NCBI GenBank assembly: GCA_963714015.1
Contig: OY970223.1
Location: 1,248,001-1,312,000 of the forward strand
From: Vulcanimicrobiota bacterium
GTDB lineage: Bacteria; Vulcanimicrobiota; Vulcanimicrobiia; Vulcanimicrobiales; Vulcanimicrobiaceae
Reading direction: 5' to 3'
DNA: 64,000 bases
Shown: piece by piece, positions 1 to 8,799 of the stretch
How the letters are laid out: the number at the start of each line of letters is the position of its first letter
How positions within the stretch are numbered: the stretch's first letter is position 1
The notes under the pieces: generated by a model
What the model was told of the DNA's origin: nothing
Databases searched by the model: none
The model's input: only the letters and a program-made list of their open reading frames with translations
Program-made: the position numbers and the translations under genes

Positions 1-80
1 CTCGGAATTGATTGGTATGGGGCTCATCGACCATCTCACCGTCTGCGCCCAACCGGCCGAGTTTTTTTAGAAGACGGAAG

Positions 81-102
81 TTCGAATAGCCGCCTATTCG
101 AA
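81..102. promoter_or_regulatory. Inverted repeat upstream of PadR/PhaQ-like gene (candidate operator)
   Basis: TTCGAATAG-CCGC-CTATTCGAA, perfect 9-bp arms, 28 nt before the ATG at 131. Confidence 0.4.
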
Positions 103-130
103 ACTCGTGTGACGGGATGAGTGAGAACGT

Positions 131-517
131 ATGGCAGTTGCGGTCGACACGGGCCGGGAGGGTGGACTCCCCCCAAAGGGCACACCGAAGAATTATCTGG
201 TAGCTTGGCTGCTGGTAATGCTCAAAGAGCAGAACCTTCACGGCTACGAGATTATGAAAGAACTCAAAGCCAGGTTCGACGTTATCGCGGATCCGGGAAC
301 GGTTTACCGGGCGCTGCGGCAGCTGGAACGCGATGGTTATATCTCGTCGTGGTGGGACCCGAAAGACCAAGGACCCGCCCGCCGCATCTACACGCTCACC
401 GAAGACGGCAATGCGGCGCTTGCCGTTTGGGGTGCGGCTTTGGAACAGTACCGCACGAACTTGGACGCCTTTTTCTCGTTATATGCGAGCGGCTGGCCGC
501 GGATAGGCGGAAAGTAG
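131..517 (+). CDS. PadR-family transcriptional regulator, PhaQ-like
   Basis: GTPKNYL..LHGYEIMKEL..DPGTVYRALRQLERDGYISSWW..GPARRIYTLTEDG winged-helix pattern, close to Bacillus PhaQ. Confidence 0.85.
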   Translation: MAVAVDTGREGGLPPKGTPKNYLVAWLLVMLKEQNLHGYEIMKELKARFDVIADPGTVYRALRQLERDGYISSWWDPKDQGPARRIYTLTEDGNAALAVWGAALEQYRTNLDAFFSLYASGWPRIGGK

Positions 518-547
518 TTCCAAACGCCGGTGCGAACCGGCGTTTCA

Positions 548-1342
548 ATGATCACCGTACTCTTTTTGGGGACAGGCGGAGCGCGCTTCGTCGTGGCGCG
601 CCAATTCCGCGCGTCAGGCGGGATGTGGATGCACTTCGGAAGCACGCAAATCCACGTCGATCCCGGACCGGGCGCACTCGTCCGCGCGCTCTCGAACGTT
701 CCGCCGTGTAACCCGCGCGAACTCGCCGGCATCGTACTCTCGCACAAGCACCTGGATCACTCCAACGACGTGAACGTGATGATCGAAGCGATGACCTCCG
801 GCGGCTTTCGGCGACGCGGCGTGCTGCTCGCTCCACGCGATGCCGTTGAGGATGAGCCGGTCGTGTTTCCGTACGCACAGCGATTCGTAGAGCGCCTGGA
901 GATTTCGCGCGAACGAAGCGGGCCTTATGCAATCGGCGAAGTGGAGGTGCGCACGTCAATCAAACACCTCCACGCGGTCGAGACGTATGGAATGCATTTC
1001 ACTTACCGGGGGCGCACGATTTCGTACATGCCTTGCGGGCGCTACTTCGAGGGATTGGCTGAGGACTATCGCACTCATTCACCGGATGTCCTCATCGTCA
1101 ACGTGCTGAGGTACCGCGACGGCATGGACGTCGACCATTTGACGTTCGAAGACGCGCGCAACGCCGTCCGCACGATTTCGCCCAAGGTTTGCGTGCTGCA
1201 GCATTTCGGGACCAAGATGCTCGAGCAAAGCCCCACGCGTTTGGCCGCGGAATTGCAGGAGCGGATTGGCATTCGAACGATAGCGGCGCGCGACGGCTTG
1301 CTGCTCGACGTCGAGACGGAGGTCGAAGCCGTTGCCGGTTGA
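548..1342 (+). CDS. MBL-fold metallo-hydrolase
   Basis: FLGTGG start, VDPGPG, SHKHLDH (HxHxDH), C-terminal QHFG. Confidence 0.88.
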   Translation: MITVLFLGTGGARFVVARQFRASGGMWMHFGSTQIHVDPGPGALVRALSNVPPCNPRELAGIVLSHKHLDHSNDVNVMIEAMTSGGFRRRGVLLAPRDAVEDEPVVFPYAQRFVERLEISRERSGPYAIGEVEVRTSIKHLHAVETYGMHFTYRGRTISYMPCGRYFEGLAEDYRTHSPDVLIVNVLRYRDGMDVDHLTFEDARNAVRTISPKVCVLQHFGTKMLEQSPTRLAAELQERIGIRTIAARDGLLLDVETEVEAVAG

Positions 1343-1757
1343 GTTCGTGCGTGCCAGCACCGAACAAGTGGAGTCGTTCGTCCGCCTCACGGAGCGCGAG
1401 GCACTCAAGAGCCTGTTCGAATTCAGCGTGATCTGGCACGAGCAGCGGCACGATCTGGCCGCGTTAGAGGGCACGACGATGGTCGCGCTCGCACAGATTC
1501 GCATTGCGGCCTCGCTCGCGCACGTCGAGCATGTGGTCGTGCTGCCGGAACACCGGGGCAAACGTATCGGGCGAGAGTTGCTCGAGCACGCCGCCGGCGC
1601 CGCGAGCTATTACAACTGCCACAAGATGACGGCGCTCGTCCCGCACAAGAGTACGGCTCAGACGTTCTTTGAACGTTGCGGCTATCGCGAGGAGGCGGTA
1701 CTCCCACAGCACACGTTCAAGCTCGACATGGCCGTGCTGCGCAAATTTCTGCTTTGA
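1332..1757 (+). CDS. GNAT-family acetyltransferase
   Basis: VVLPEHRGKRIGRELL acetyl-CoA motif, FFERCGY. Confidence 0.85.
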   Translation: MPVEFVRASTEQVESFVRLTEREALKSLFEFSVIWHEQRHDLAALEGTTMVALAQIRIAASLAHVEHVVVLPEHRGKRIGRELLEHAAGAASYYNCHKMTALVPHKSTAQTFFERCGYREEAVLPQHTFKLDMAVLRKFLL

Positions 1758-1760
1758 TCG

Positions 1761-2798
1761 CTACGGCATGCGAATCTTGCGTCCAGGTTGAGGGCGGCGA
1801 GCAGCGGGCGCGCCCACACGGTGCCAACCGCCTTGGCCCCGGCGCGCTTTGCGGGAGCCGTTGTACAGATAAACTGCTCCGCTACCCGTGCTGGCCGTTA
1901 CGACGGGTCCGCCGCCGCCGTAGGTAGCTTGCGCGTCGGTCGAAGTTCCGGTGACGCTGCCCTGCCGATCGAAGCCGTCGAAGATCTTGCCGCCTGCGCT
2001 GTGCGCGCCAATCTGCACACCGCCGCTGCCCACGCCAATCGCGACGTTGCCGTTCTGCGATTCGAAGCGCGCCACGCCCGGTGAGAACGTCCCATCGTCG
2101 TACGCAACGTTTCCGTTGATGCTGCTGACTTCGATCTGCTGGGCGGTGCAGTGTTCGAAAATCACGTTTCCGACCGCAGTCCGCGCGCGAACCCGATCGA
2201 ACGTTGAATTCGAAACGCGGATTCGTCCGCGTCCGGCCTCAAGGTACGCCGCGCCGCTGACGTCGTCGGCGAGAATTGGGCCGTTGCGGATTCTGCCGAC
2301 GAAGCTGCCGCCGTGGTAGCCCTGAACTTGAATCTGACCACGCCCGACTACGGCCAGCAGTAATGCGGTATTGTTCGGGATCGTCAGCGTGACCGCGGCG
2401 TTTTGATCGCCGCCGCGCACGAGCACACCGTCATGTTCGCCTTGCGAGAGCGAGTTCACGGCAAAATCTTCAGGCGGCAGTTTGAGCGGTCCATTCGGCG
2501 CTAAAATCGTCGTCTCGAAGATCGGAATATCGCCGCCGCGCAGCTGATTGCGAACCACGGGAGGCGCGAAGTGCTGCGCGTTCACGGGAGCGCTCGACGT
2601 GACGTGGACTTGCGGCTGATCCCAAGTGCGTACGGTGAGTGTTCCGGACTGCATCTGCATGCGCACTACTGCGGCTGGACCGACGGGCATCGTCAGGTCG
2701 GTGCCGCTGTCCGCGCGCGCCGGCGACCACCCAAGCGCAAACGCAAAGAGAGCGGCTGCCGCCGCCCCTGCGAGCCCTCTTACGCTCGGACTGTCCAC
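1761..2798 (-). CDS. Secreted DUF4097-like beta-strand repeat protein
   Basis: Signal peptide ending PARA, repeated TAVGNV/SINGNV/SQNGNV units; GTG start at 2798 chosen because TACAAT lies 6 nt upstream. Confidence 0.7.
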   Translation of the reverse strand: MDSPSVRGLAGAAAAALFAFALGWSPARADSGTDLTMPVGPAAVVRMQMQSGTLTVRTWDQPQVHVTSSAPVNAQHFAPPVVRNQLRGGDIPIFETTILAPNGPLKLPPEDFAVNSLSQGEHDGVLVRGGDQNAAVTLTIPNNTALLLAVVGRGQIQVQGYHGGSFVGRIRNGPILADDVSGAAYLEAGRGRIRVSNSTFDRVRARTAVGNVIFEHCTAQQIEVSSINGNVAYDDGTFSPGVARFESQNGNVAIGVGSGGVQIGAHSAGGKIFDGFDRQGSVTGTSTDAQATYGGGGPVVTASTGSGAVYLYNGSRKARRGQGGWHRVGAPAARRPQPGRKIRMP

Positions 2799-2839
2799 AG
2801 GTTCATTGTACGGCCCGCGGTGCGGCAAGCCATGAAAAT

Positions 2840-4240
2840 TCAATGAATTTGGGGCAGCTCTATACGGAAGAGCGCGCCCCCTGCGGCCGGACGCTCCGCC
2901 TCAACCGTGCCGCCGTGAATTCGCGCGATGGATCTGACGATTGCCAATCCTAAACCGGTTCCCGGAACCTCGCGGCTGCGAGACTTGTCGGTGCGGTAAA
3001 AACGGTTAAAAACGTGTAAAAGCTCGTCGCGATCGATTCCCGGGCCGGTGTCCTGCACTTCGACGATGCCCTTGCTTCCGTTGCCCCGGACGCGCACCGT
3101 AACCGAGCCTTCCGGCGTAAATTTGATCGCGTTGTCGATCAGGTTAGTAATCATCTGGCGCACCAGTGCCGGGTCGCCTTCGACGATTGGCGACTCCTCA
3201 GCGGCCTCGACGTTGAGTGCAAGTCCTTTGTCTCTCGCGCGCTGCGCTGCACCGTGTGCGGCGTCTTTGGCAATCGCGGCAAGCGACAGCGGCTCTTTCG
3301 GAATGGCGTCCCCCGAGTCAGCCTTTGCGAGCGTAAGCATGCCGCCGACCATGTTGGCGAGCGACGTCGTCTCGTCGATGATCGTCTGCAGACTCTCCTT
3401 GCGAACGGCTTCGTCTTTATCGCCCCAGCGGGCGAGCATCTGCGCGTTCGCATTGATCGAAGTCAGCGGAGTCTTCAACTCGTGTGATGCATCGGAGATG
3501 AACTGACGCTCACGCGCAAAGGCTTCTTCGAGGCGGGCAAGCAAGTCGTCGAAACTTTCCGCCAGATGACCGATTTCGTCTTTGCGTCCGTTCCACCGTA
3601 GCCGCCGATGCAGGCCTTCCGAACCGATTTCGTGCATCGCGCGCGCCAATTCGTTGATTGGGTTCGTCGCTTGCGAGGCGAGCAAGTAGGAAAGGAGAGC
3701 CACAGCAAGCGCCGCCGCGCCCAAGATCACCAGTATCGAGAATTCCGTCTGGCGAAAAGCGCTGTTGAGCTGGTCGAGCGGTTCGGCGATCTGCACGATT
3801 GCCGCGTGCGTACCGGTTGCCAGCAGCGCGCTGTAGACCAAAAACGGCCGTGCTTGCACGGTTACCTCGCGCGTGCTCGTCTGGCTCTTTGCGTTCGTTC
3901 CGCTCGGTCCGAACGTATGGATCGAACCCATGTTGAAGCTGGTTGCGAGCGGGTACCCGCGAGGGTCGTCGACCTCGATGTACGTGGTGGGGGAGGCCCA
4001 GCGCTCCAGGTTATCGGGATTCTCGAGTTCGAGCAGCGGATCGCCGTTGCCGGTAAAGGTGAACGCGTTCGAGGGTGCGGTGGTGCGTTCGATGTCCTGC
4101 ATGGTCGTGATCGCGCGCTGCTGCGCTTGATCGCGCAAAATTTGCTCGAAGCGCAGTGTGATCGCGAGGCCCAGCGCGGCGATGACGACGATGAGGAGAA
4201 GCGCGTACCAAAGCGCGATTCGCCACCGCAGCGAAGTCAT
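2840..4240 (-). CDS. Sensor histidine kinase (2 TM, HAMP, HisKA, HATPase)
   Basis: DEIGHLAESF HAMP, DASHELKTPL H-box, NLIDNAIKFT, DTGPGI, GTGLGLAI. Confidence 0.95.
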   Translation of the reverse strand: MTSLRWRIALWYALLLIVVIAALGLAITLRFEQILRDQAQQRAITTMQDIERTTAPSNAFTFTGNGDPLLELENPDNLERWASPTTYIEVDDPRGYPLATSFNMGSIHTFGPSGTNAKSQTSTREVTVQARPFLVYSALLATGTHAAIVQIAEPLDQLNSAFRQTEFSILVILGAAALAVALLSYLLASQATNPINELARAMHEIGSEGLHRRLRWNGRKDEIGHLAESFDDLLARLEEAFARERQFISDASHELKTPLTSINANAQMLARWGDKDEAVRKESLQTIIDETTSLANMVGGMLTLAKADSGDAIPKEPLSLAAIAKDAAHGAAQRARDKGLALNVEAAEESPIVEGDPALVRQMITNLIDNAIKFTPEGSVTVRVRGNGSKGIVEVQDTGPGIDRDELLHVFNRFYRTDKSRSREVPGTGLGLAIVRSIARIHGGTVEAERPAAGGALFRIELPQIH

Positions 4241-4249
4241 GAGCAGCGC

Positions 4250-4939
4250 CTAATCCTTGATAGTATAGCCGATGCCGCGGACTGTCGTGATCAGTTTGTC
4301 GTCGAAACCCTCGTCGATTTTACCGCGCAGATACCGGATGTACACGTCGATCAAGTTTGAGTCGCCCAGGAAATCGCTCCCCCAGACGCCGTTAAAGAGC
4401 TCGTCGCGCGAGTGCACCTTGTTGCGGTGAAGCAGGAGGTATTCCAATAGGGCGTATTCTTTTGCCGTCAAGTTGATGAGCTTGCCGCCGCGGACGACCT
4501 CGTGCCGGTCGCGATCCATCACCAAATCGCGATACTCGATGACGCTGCGCGCCGGTTCTTTGTCGCGCAGACGCGCGCGCACCCGCGCCAGCAGCTCTTC
4601 GGTCGCGAACGGCTTGGTCAGGTAGTCATCGGCACCCAGATCGAGTCCGGAGACGCGATCCGGCACGCGGTCCTTGGCCGTGAGCATGATAATCGGCACG
4701 CGGCTTTTGGCGCGCACGCGCTTGCACACTTCCAATCCGTCCATGCGCGGAAGCATCAAATCCAAAATAATGAGATCGGGCTCTTTGAGCGCTCTCTCCA
4801 GTCCGGTCAATCCATCCCGAGCGGATTCTACGGCGTAGCCTTCGTGCTCGAGCTCGAGTTGCAGCACGCGGCTGATCGCCGCATCGTCCTCGATAACCAA
4901 AATGCGATGCGGCTGCGTTTGCGCGGGGCTGGTTCTCAT
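4250..4939 (-). CDS. OmpR-family response regulator
   Basis: ILVIEDD, LDLMLP, LTAKD, GADDYLTKPF, wHTH VYIRYLRGKI..TVRGIGY. Confidence 0.95.
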   Translation of the reverse strand: MRTSPAQTQPHRILVIEDDAAISRVLQLELEHEGYAVESARDGLTGLERALKEPDLIILDLMLPRMDGLEVCKRVRAKSRVPIIMLTAKDRVPDRVSGLDLGADDYLTKPFATEELLARVRARLRDKEPARSVIEYRDLVMDRDRHEVVRGGKLINLTAKEYALLEYLLLHRNKVHSRDELFNGVWGSDFLGDSNLIDVYIRYLRGKIDEGFDDKLITTVRGIGYTIKD

Positions 4940-4948
4940 GCCATAGGG

Positions 4949-5320
4949 TTATCGACGGCTCGCTCGCAAAGCCCCCGCAACCGGCGTTAAATTCAACTGA
5001 GAAATCCAAAGTACGAGACCGCCGCCCAATGCGGTCCAGAATAGGAAATCGGGACGCGCAAACGTCGCAAGCGCAGCGGCGAGGTAGATCTTCAGGGTAG
5101 CAAAGGCGGGCAGAGAGCCTCCGTGCGTCGAGAGCACCGCGACCCAGGCGAGCAGCGCACAGAACGCGCCGAGAACCCAAACTTCCCACGGCTTGACCGG
5201 CATCGGCGTACGATAGATCGTGGCCGCCAAAATCGACGACCGCAAATCGGCGGGCGGCTCTTCCAATTCCAGCCCGAAGAGCGCGCGCTCCAGTTCCTCG
5301 TCCGTTTCGTAGGGTTTCAT
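4949..5320 (-). CDS. Putative membrane anti-sigma factor
   Basis: Overlaps the ECF sigma stop; N-terminal EEPPADLRSSIL then 2-3 hydrophobic segments. Confidence 0.6.
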   Translation of the reverse strand: MKPYETDEELERALFGLELEEPPADLRSSILAATIYRTPMPVKPWEVWVLGAFCALLAWVAVLSTHGGSLPAFATLKIYLAAALATFARPDFLFWTALGGGLVLWISQLNLTPVAGALRASRR

Positions 5321-5907
5321 TTTGATACTCCCGCGGCGTCCTCGCTCAGCATGCGCCGCAATTGTTCCTTGGCTCTAAATAAATGCGTCTTTACCGTACC
5401 CATCGGAATCCCCAGGACTTGGGCGATCTCTTCGTATTGGCGCCCCTGTAAATGATACAACGTAATTACTGTACGATATTTCTCCGGAAGGGCCTCGATT
5501 GCGGCGCGAAGCCTTCGGGCCTCGTCCTCGGCAATCGCCTGCGAATCCGGTCCGGCCGCCGGGTCGGCCCGCTCCGGCATCTCTTCGTTCGAGTATCGCC
5601 GCCGGCGCGAAAGACGATCGCAGCAGGCGTGGTACGTTATCGCAAAGATCCAGGTCGAGAATTTGTTACCCGGTTTGAAGGTGCGCAGGCTCCGGTAGGC
5701 TTTGAAGAAGGCCTCCTGAGCGGCGTCCCGGGCCTCTTCCTGATCCCGAAGCGTCCGGTAGGCGAGGTGGTAGACTGCGCGGTCGTAACGCTCGACCAGT
5801 GTGCCGAAGGCATCCGGGCGCCCCGCCAGGGCGGCTGCAACAAGAGCCTGGTCATCGTCATCGTCGGCCGGGTGAATGAGCGGTGCCTCCAATAGCGCTG
5901 CAGCCAC
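5317..5907 (-). CDS. ECF RNA polymerase sigma factor (SigW-like)
   Basis: AFGTLVERY, EEARDAAQEAFFKAY, FSTWIFAI, region 4 YEEIAQVLGIPMGTVKTHLFRAK; GTG start at 5907 inferred from the promoter. Confidence 0.92.
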   Translation of the reverse strand: MAAALLEAPLIHPADDDDDQALVAAALAGRPDAFGTLVERYDRAVYHLAYRTLRDQEEARDAAQEAFFKAYRSLRTFKPGNKFSTWIFAITYHACCDRLSRRRRYSNEEMPERADPAAGPDSQAIAEDEARRLRAAIEALPEKYRTVITLYHLQGRQYEEIAQVLGIPMGTVKTHLFRAKEQLRRMLSEDAAGVSK

Positions 5908-5915
5908 ATCACACC

Positions 5916-5942
5916 TACGCGCAGCCGCACGGCAATGTTTCG
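5916..5942 (-). promoter_or_regulatory. ECF (SigW-type) promoter for the sigma gene
   Basis: CGAAAC-N17-CGTA on minus strand. Confidence 0.65.
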
Positions 5943-6012
5943 CCATCGAAGCCCTTGGGGCTCCCCAATACATTCGAACGGCGGCGGGTCGGCGCGAGGC
6001 CGGGTTCCCCCG

Positions 6013-6038
6013 CGAAACATCGCTCAGGTCACGGCGTA
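6013..6038 (+). promoter_or_regulatory. ECF (SigW-type) promoter for the DUF4097 gene
   Basis: CGAAAC-N16-CGTA, close to the TGAAAC-N16-CGTA consensus. Confidence 0.7.
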
Positions 6039-6046
6039 GATAGGGC

Positions 6047-6976
6047 ATGCGGTACTCGAGAACGGGCATCATCATCGCCCTCGTCGGCGCCGAGATCTTC
6101 ATCGCCGGCGCCATCCTGGCTGCCTTGGGCGGTCACGGCAACTGGGCCTTCGGCTCGACCGGCATGCACACGGTTTCATTTGCGCCGCGCACGTTCGATC
6201 CGATCGATGCCGGCTCGACCCCGCACGTGCAGATCGACGACGCGGATTCGACCGTCACCGTGAGCGTGTCCAGCGACGGACTCGTTCACGTTTGGGACAA
6301 CACACGCTTCGGCGGAGCGATCTTCGCAAAGAATTCGCCGCCGCAATTGCAGGTGGAGCGCACGCCGGACGGCGCGCGGATCTATCGGCCTTCCGGCGAT
6401 AATGACTGGTTCAATCTGGGCTGGTCCGATCGGAAGATCTCCGTAGCGGTTCCCGCAAACGCAACGCTCGAGATCGTATCTTGCGCGGGAGCGGACATTT
6501 CGGGTCTGAACGGATCGATTCGCGCGCATTCCGACGACGGAGACGTAAGCGCGCGCGATCTACGCGGCGATGCGGATCTGTCGTCCGACGACGGCGGTAT
6601 CGCTGTGGCGGGAATGAACGCGCGTAGTCTTTCGGTTTCAACCAGCGACGGCGACGTGAATCTGCGCGACATCCAAGTGGACAGTCTTGACGGATCCACG
6701 AACGACGGCGACATAACGGCGTCCGGGTTGAAAGTCGCCGGCGGCAGTCTGAAGACGAGCGATGGTTCGGTTGAAGTCGCGCTCGGCGGCACGAATCTTT
6801 TGGTACACGCGCACACCGACGACGGCAGCGTCTCGTTCGACGGCCGCAAGGTTTCGACGAGCGACGACGATGACGATTCGTCAAGCGGCGACTATAAAAT
6901 GGGCAGCGGCGGCGGAACGCTGGAGGTCGCCTCAAATGACGGTAATATTCATATCAGCACGAACGGAGTCCAATGA
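6047..6976 (+). CDS. DUF4097-family beta-strand repeat protein, N-terminal TM
   Basis: Repeats SDDGDV/SDDGGI/TSDGDV/TNDGDI/TSDGSV/TDDGSV/SNDGNI. Confidence 0.85.
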   Translation: MRYSRTGIIIALVGAEIFIAGAILAALGGHGNWAFGSTGMHTVSFAPRTFDPIDAGSTPHVQIDDADSTVTVSVSSDGLVHVWDNTRFGGAIFAKNSPPQLQVERTPDGARIYRPSGDNDWFNLGWSDRKISVAVPANATLEIVSCAGADISGLNGSIRAHSDDGDVSARDLRGDADLSSDDGGIAVAGMNARSLSVSTSDGDVNLRDIQVDSLDGSTNDGDITASGLKVAGGSLKTSDGSVEVALGGTNLLVHAHTDDGSVSFDGRKVSTSDDDDDSSSGDYKMGSGGGTLEVASNDGNIHISTNGVQ

Positions 6977-7611
6977 CCATGTTATTAGCCAGCGGCAGCG
7001 ATGATTTTGTCGGCGCCATCGCAATCCTCGCGTTCATCGGGTTGCCGATAGCATATGCGATGGTCAATCGCATGCTTGCTCATCAAGAGCGAATGGAGAT
7101 GCTGCGGCGCGGAATGGTTCCGCCGCCCGATCCGAAGTGGGCCAAGAAGGCCGCCAAACGCGGCTGGTACGCGCAGGCTCCGTATACGGCAGCGCCGCCT
7201 CCGCCAGCGGGTCCGCCTCCGGGTTGGAACCTGGACGCCCAAAATCAAGCGGACTGCCATTTGCGTAAAGGGATCACGCTGGCATGCATCGGCTTCGCAC
7301 TGCTGATCGGTCTCTCGTTCATCGACAACTTGACCGGCACGCCGGGACCGTGGCTGCTTGGCGGATTGATACCGCTGTTCGCCGGAATCGCTCAAATCAT
7401 CATCGCTTTGGCGTCCGGTGCGCGACTCGGACCGGCCGGCGCCCCTTGGAACGATCGTGGAGTCCACGTTCAACAGCCCGGCCCGCAGTACCAGGAACAG
7501 ACTGCCGCCTACAGCAGCGGCCCTCGCGATGTGACTCCGGGCCCCTACGCCTGGCGTCCCGGCCCCACCACAGAACTCGAGCCGGGCCCTCGCCCGCCTG
7601 ACAAGCGCTGA
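6973..7611 (+). CDS. DUF6249-like membrane protein
   Basis: TM, HQERMEMLRRGM, LRKGITLACIGFAL, GLIPLFAG; ATGA overlap with upstream gene. Confidence 0.7.
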   Translation: MTMLLASGSDDFVGAIAILAFIGLPIAYAMVNRMLAHQERMEMLRRGMVPPPDPKWAKKAAKRGWYAQAPYTAAPPPPAGPPPGWNLDAQNQADCHLRKGITLACIGFALLIGLSFIDNLTGTPGPWLLGGLIPLFAGIAQIIIALASGARLGPAGAPWNDRGVHVQQPGPQYQEQTAAYSSGPRDVTPGPYAWRPGPTTELEPGPRPPDKR

Positions 7612-7631
7612 GATCAAGGCCCTAAGCAAAA

Positions 7632-7667
7632 GAAAAAACCGGTCGCCGCAGCGGCCGGTCTTTTTTC
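7632..7667. terminator. Bidirectional intrinsic terminator
   Basis: A-run, ACCGGTCGC-CGCA-GCGGCCGGT hairpin, T-run, between convergent genes. Confidence 0.8.
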
Positions 7668-7692
7668 ATGAACTATCCAGCAATCGGAGGGT

Positions 7693-7833
7693 TCACTTAC
7701 AGCTGACCAGGGCGATTGCCCATCCAGCCGCAGTTCTTGTCCGGACGAGATAGCCGTCCGAGGTCCGGTCATAGACTTGGTAGCCCGCTCTTAGCGCGTC
7801 GGCTAGCGATTTGAAGACCATGAGACCTGCCAT
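7693..7833 (-). CDS. 46-aa small protein, not in ORF track (MAGLMVFKSLADALRAGYQVYDRTSDGYLVRTRTAAGWAIALVSCK)
   Basis: ATG preceded by GGAAAGGAGGG Shine-Dalgarno, AT-rich upstream region, terminator downstream. Confidence 0.8.
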   Translation of the reverse strand: MAGLMVFKSLADALRAGYQVYDRTSDGYLVRTRTAAGWAIALVSCK

Positions 7834-7965
7834 TTTGTGGACCCTCCTTTCCTTTTTTCTAACTTCTATACCCTATAACGGCTTTTGTCGTAAAGAAGTT
7901 CAGTCTATTGTCGCAACTTAGATTAAAAATTGCGTTACGGAAGTATGTCGGGATGGTTGCGAGAA

Positions 7966-8799
7966 ATGCCGAACGACATGCAAGCGCTTACGCCGGCGAC
8001 CGTGCACGAAGCTCGCGTACTCGACAGGACGGAGCTTGCACCCGGCGTGGTCCTCCTTGGTTTTCACGCTCCGGAACTCGCCGGCGTGACAAAACCTGGA
8101 CAATTCGTCATGGTCGTTCCGCCCGGCGGTGAACGTGCCGCGACGGCGCTCGGCGTCTATGAAGCGCAGGGCGATCGGGCCAGCGTGCTTTTTTTCGTCT
8201 GCGGGCATCGGACTCGTGAACTTGCAGAATTGAGCTGCGGCGATCATGTTACCGTTTTTGGTCCTCTCGGTAATGGTTTCACACTTTCCGGCATAAGTCA
8301 CGCGGCGATAGTTGCAGGAGGCGTGGGTATTGCGTCTGTGCTACTTCCGGCCCAGTCCCTAGTACAAAAGGACAGCCGCGTCCAGTTGTACTACGGGGCG
8401 CGCACTGCAGAATTGCTCGTCGAAAAGGATCGCTTTGCCGCCGAAGGGTGCGAAGTCATTTGCGCGACGGATGACGGATCGCACGGGCACCACGGATATG
8501 TCACGCATGCGCTTGCCGCCGCGCACGAGCGGCCGCAGATGATTTTGGCGTGCGGCCCCTCGCCGATGCTGCGCGCAGTTGCCTACGTCGCCCGCGAATT
8601 CGGGATTCCCGCGCAGCTCTCACTTGAAGAGACCTTCGCGTGCGGCGTCGGCGGGTGTTGGGGCTGCGTCGTCGCGCTCGATCGCTCCAGCGCGCAAGCG
8701 CCTGGGTTTCCCCCGCCGCGCGCCGGCGGCAGCGACGTCGTCTATGCGCGCATCTGCAGGGAAGGCCCGGTGTTCTGGGCGCACGAGCTGCGATGGTAA
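7966..8799 (+). CDS. pyrK: Dihydroorotate dehydrogenase electron transfer subunit
   Basis: PGQFVM, GPLGNGF, GGVGIA, ACGPSPML, CGVGGCWGC..C [2Fe-2S] motif, EGPVF. Confidence 0.92.
   Translation: MPNDMQALTPATVHEARVLDRTELAPGVVLLGFHAPELAGVTKPGQFVMVVPPGGERAATALGVYEAQGDRASVLFFVCGHRTRELAELSCGDHVTVFGPLGNGFTLSGISHAAIVAGGVGIASVLLPAQSLVQKDSRVQLYYGARTAELLVEKDRFAAEGCEVICATDDGSHGHHGYVTHALAAAHERPQMILACGPSPMLRAVAYVAREFGIPAQLSLEETFACGVGGCWGCVVALDRSSAQAPGFPPPRAGGSDVVYARICREGPVFWAHELRW

Noticed and set aside
1..70. 3' end of an upstream gene (..MGLIDHLTVCAQPAEFF*)
   Set aside because: Too short to assign a frame or product
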